Of a DNA stretch of 27,705 bases, positions 27,587 to 27,705 are shown piece after piece. The stretch lies in IMG/VR virus record IMGVR_UViG_3300044701_002366, positions 1 to 27,705 of that record, one strand, 5' to 3'. A model generated the notes under the pieces. That model saw only the letters and a program-made list of their open reading frames with translations, searched no databases and was not told where the DNA came from. The stretch is from a virus. Lineage: Duplodnaviria; Caudoviricetes. Within the stretch, counting starts at the first letter, position 1. Each line of letters begins with the position of its first letter. Both the position numbers and the translations under genes were made by a program.

Positions 27587-27705
27587 TTAGGTTCTTAGAC
27601 ATTCTACCACAAGATCATCAGGTTTGGGAACCCCTGTCTCATAATATTGTTGAGACAGTTCGTCCATCACCTCAAACATGTCTTCTTCTGAAAGATTGTT
27701 ATAAA
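27587..27705 (-). CDS. Small acidic hypothetical protein, 5'-truncated by window edge
   Basis: Open frame ...YNNLSEEDMFEVMDELSQQYYETGVPKPDDLVVECLRT-stop. The TAA overlaps the SD of the next gene. Confidence 0.7.
   Translation of the reverse strand, partial: YNNLSEEDMFEVMDELSQQYYETGVPKPDDLVVECLRT

Noticed and set aside
27634-27658. 8-bp inverted repeat CTGTCTCA/TGAGACAG
   Set aside because: Inside a coding frame, with no U-tract or adjacent start; compatible with chance.
1-27705. tRNA, CRISPR array, intron/intein, homing endonuclease, DGR repeat or stop-codon recoding
   Set aside because: Intergenic gaps are only tens of nt and long ORFs are intact in the standard code. No such motifs or long DNA repeats were seen by eye; a dot plot would be needed to exclude diverged repeats.

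Overview
AT-rich segment of a T4-like myophage genome whose gene content and protein sizes match T4-like cyanophages. All real genes lie on the minus strand, in one tightly packed late virion-structure block. In transcription order (right to left): four small ORFs, baseplate gp25, gp6, a giant 2784-aa gp7-like wedge protein, a 1025-aa structural protein, gp8, a 2144-aa VrlC/DUF4815-like protein, two small ORFs, neck gp13 and gp14. These are followed by a gp9/gp10-type-anchored collagen fibre and a >597-aa S8 (subtilisin-like) protease ending in a cupredoxin domain with an intact type-1 copper ligand set; the ORF track missed the protease because it runs off the left edge. T4-type late promoter cores (TAAATA) precede five genes. 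Two observations stand out. (1) The collagen fibre + S8 protease-cupredoxin pair sits behind its own late promoter directly after gp14. (2) A compact H-type pseudoknot at 27204-27230 competes with a hairpin hiding the Shine-Dalgarno of the next gene, a riboswitch-like layout. All family assignments come from motif recognition by eye; no searches were run.
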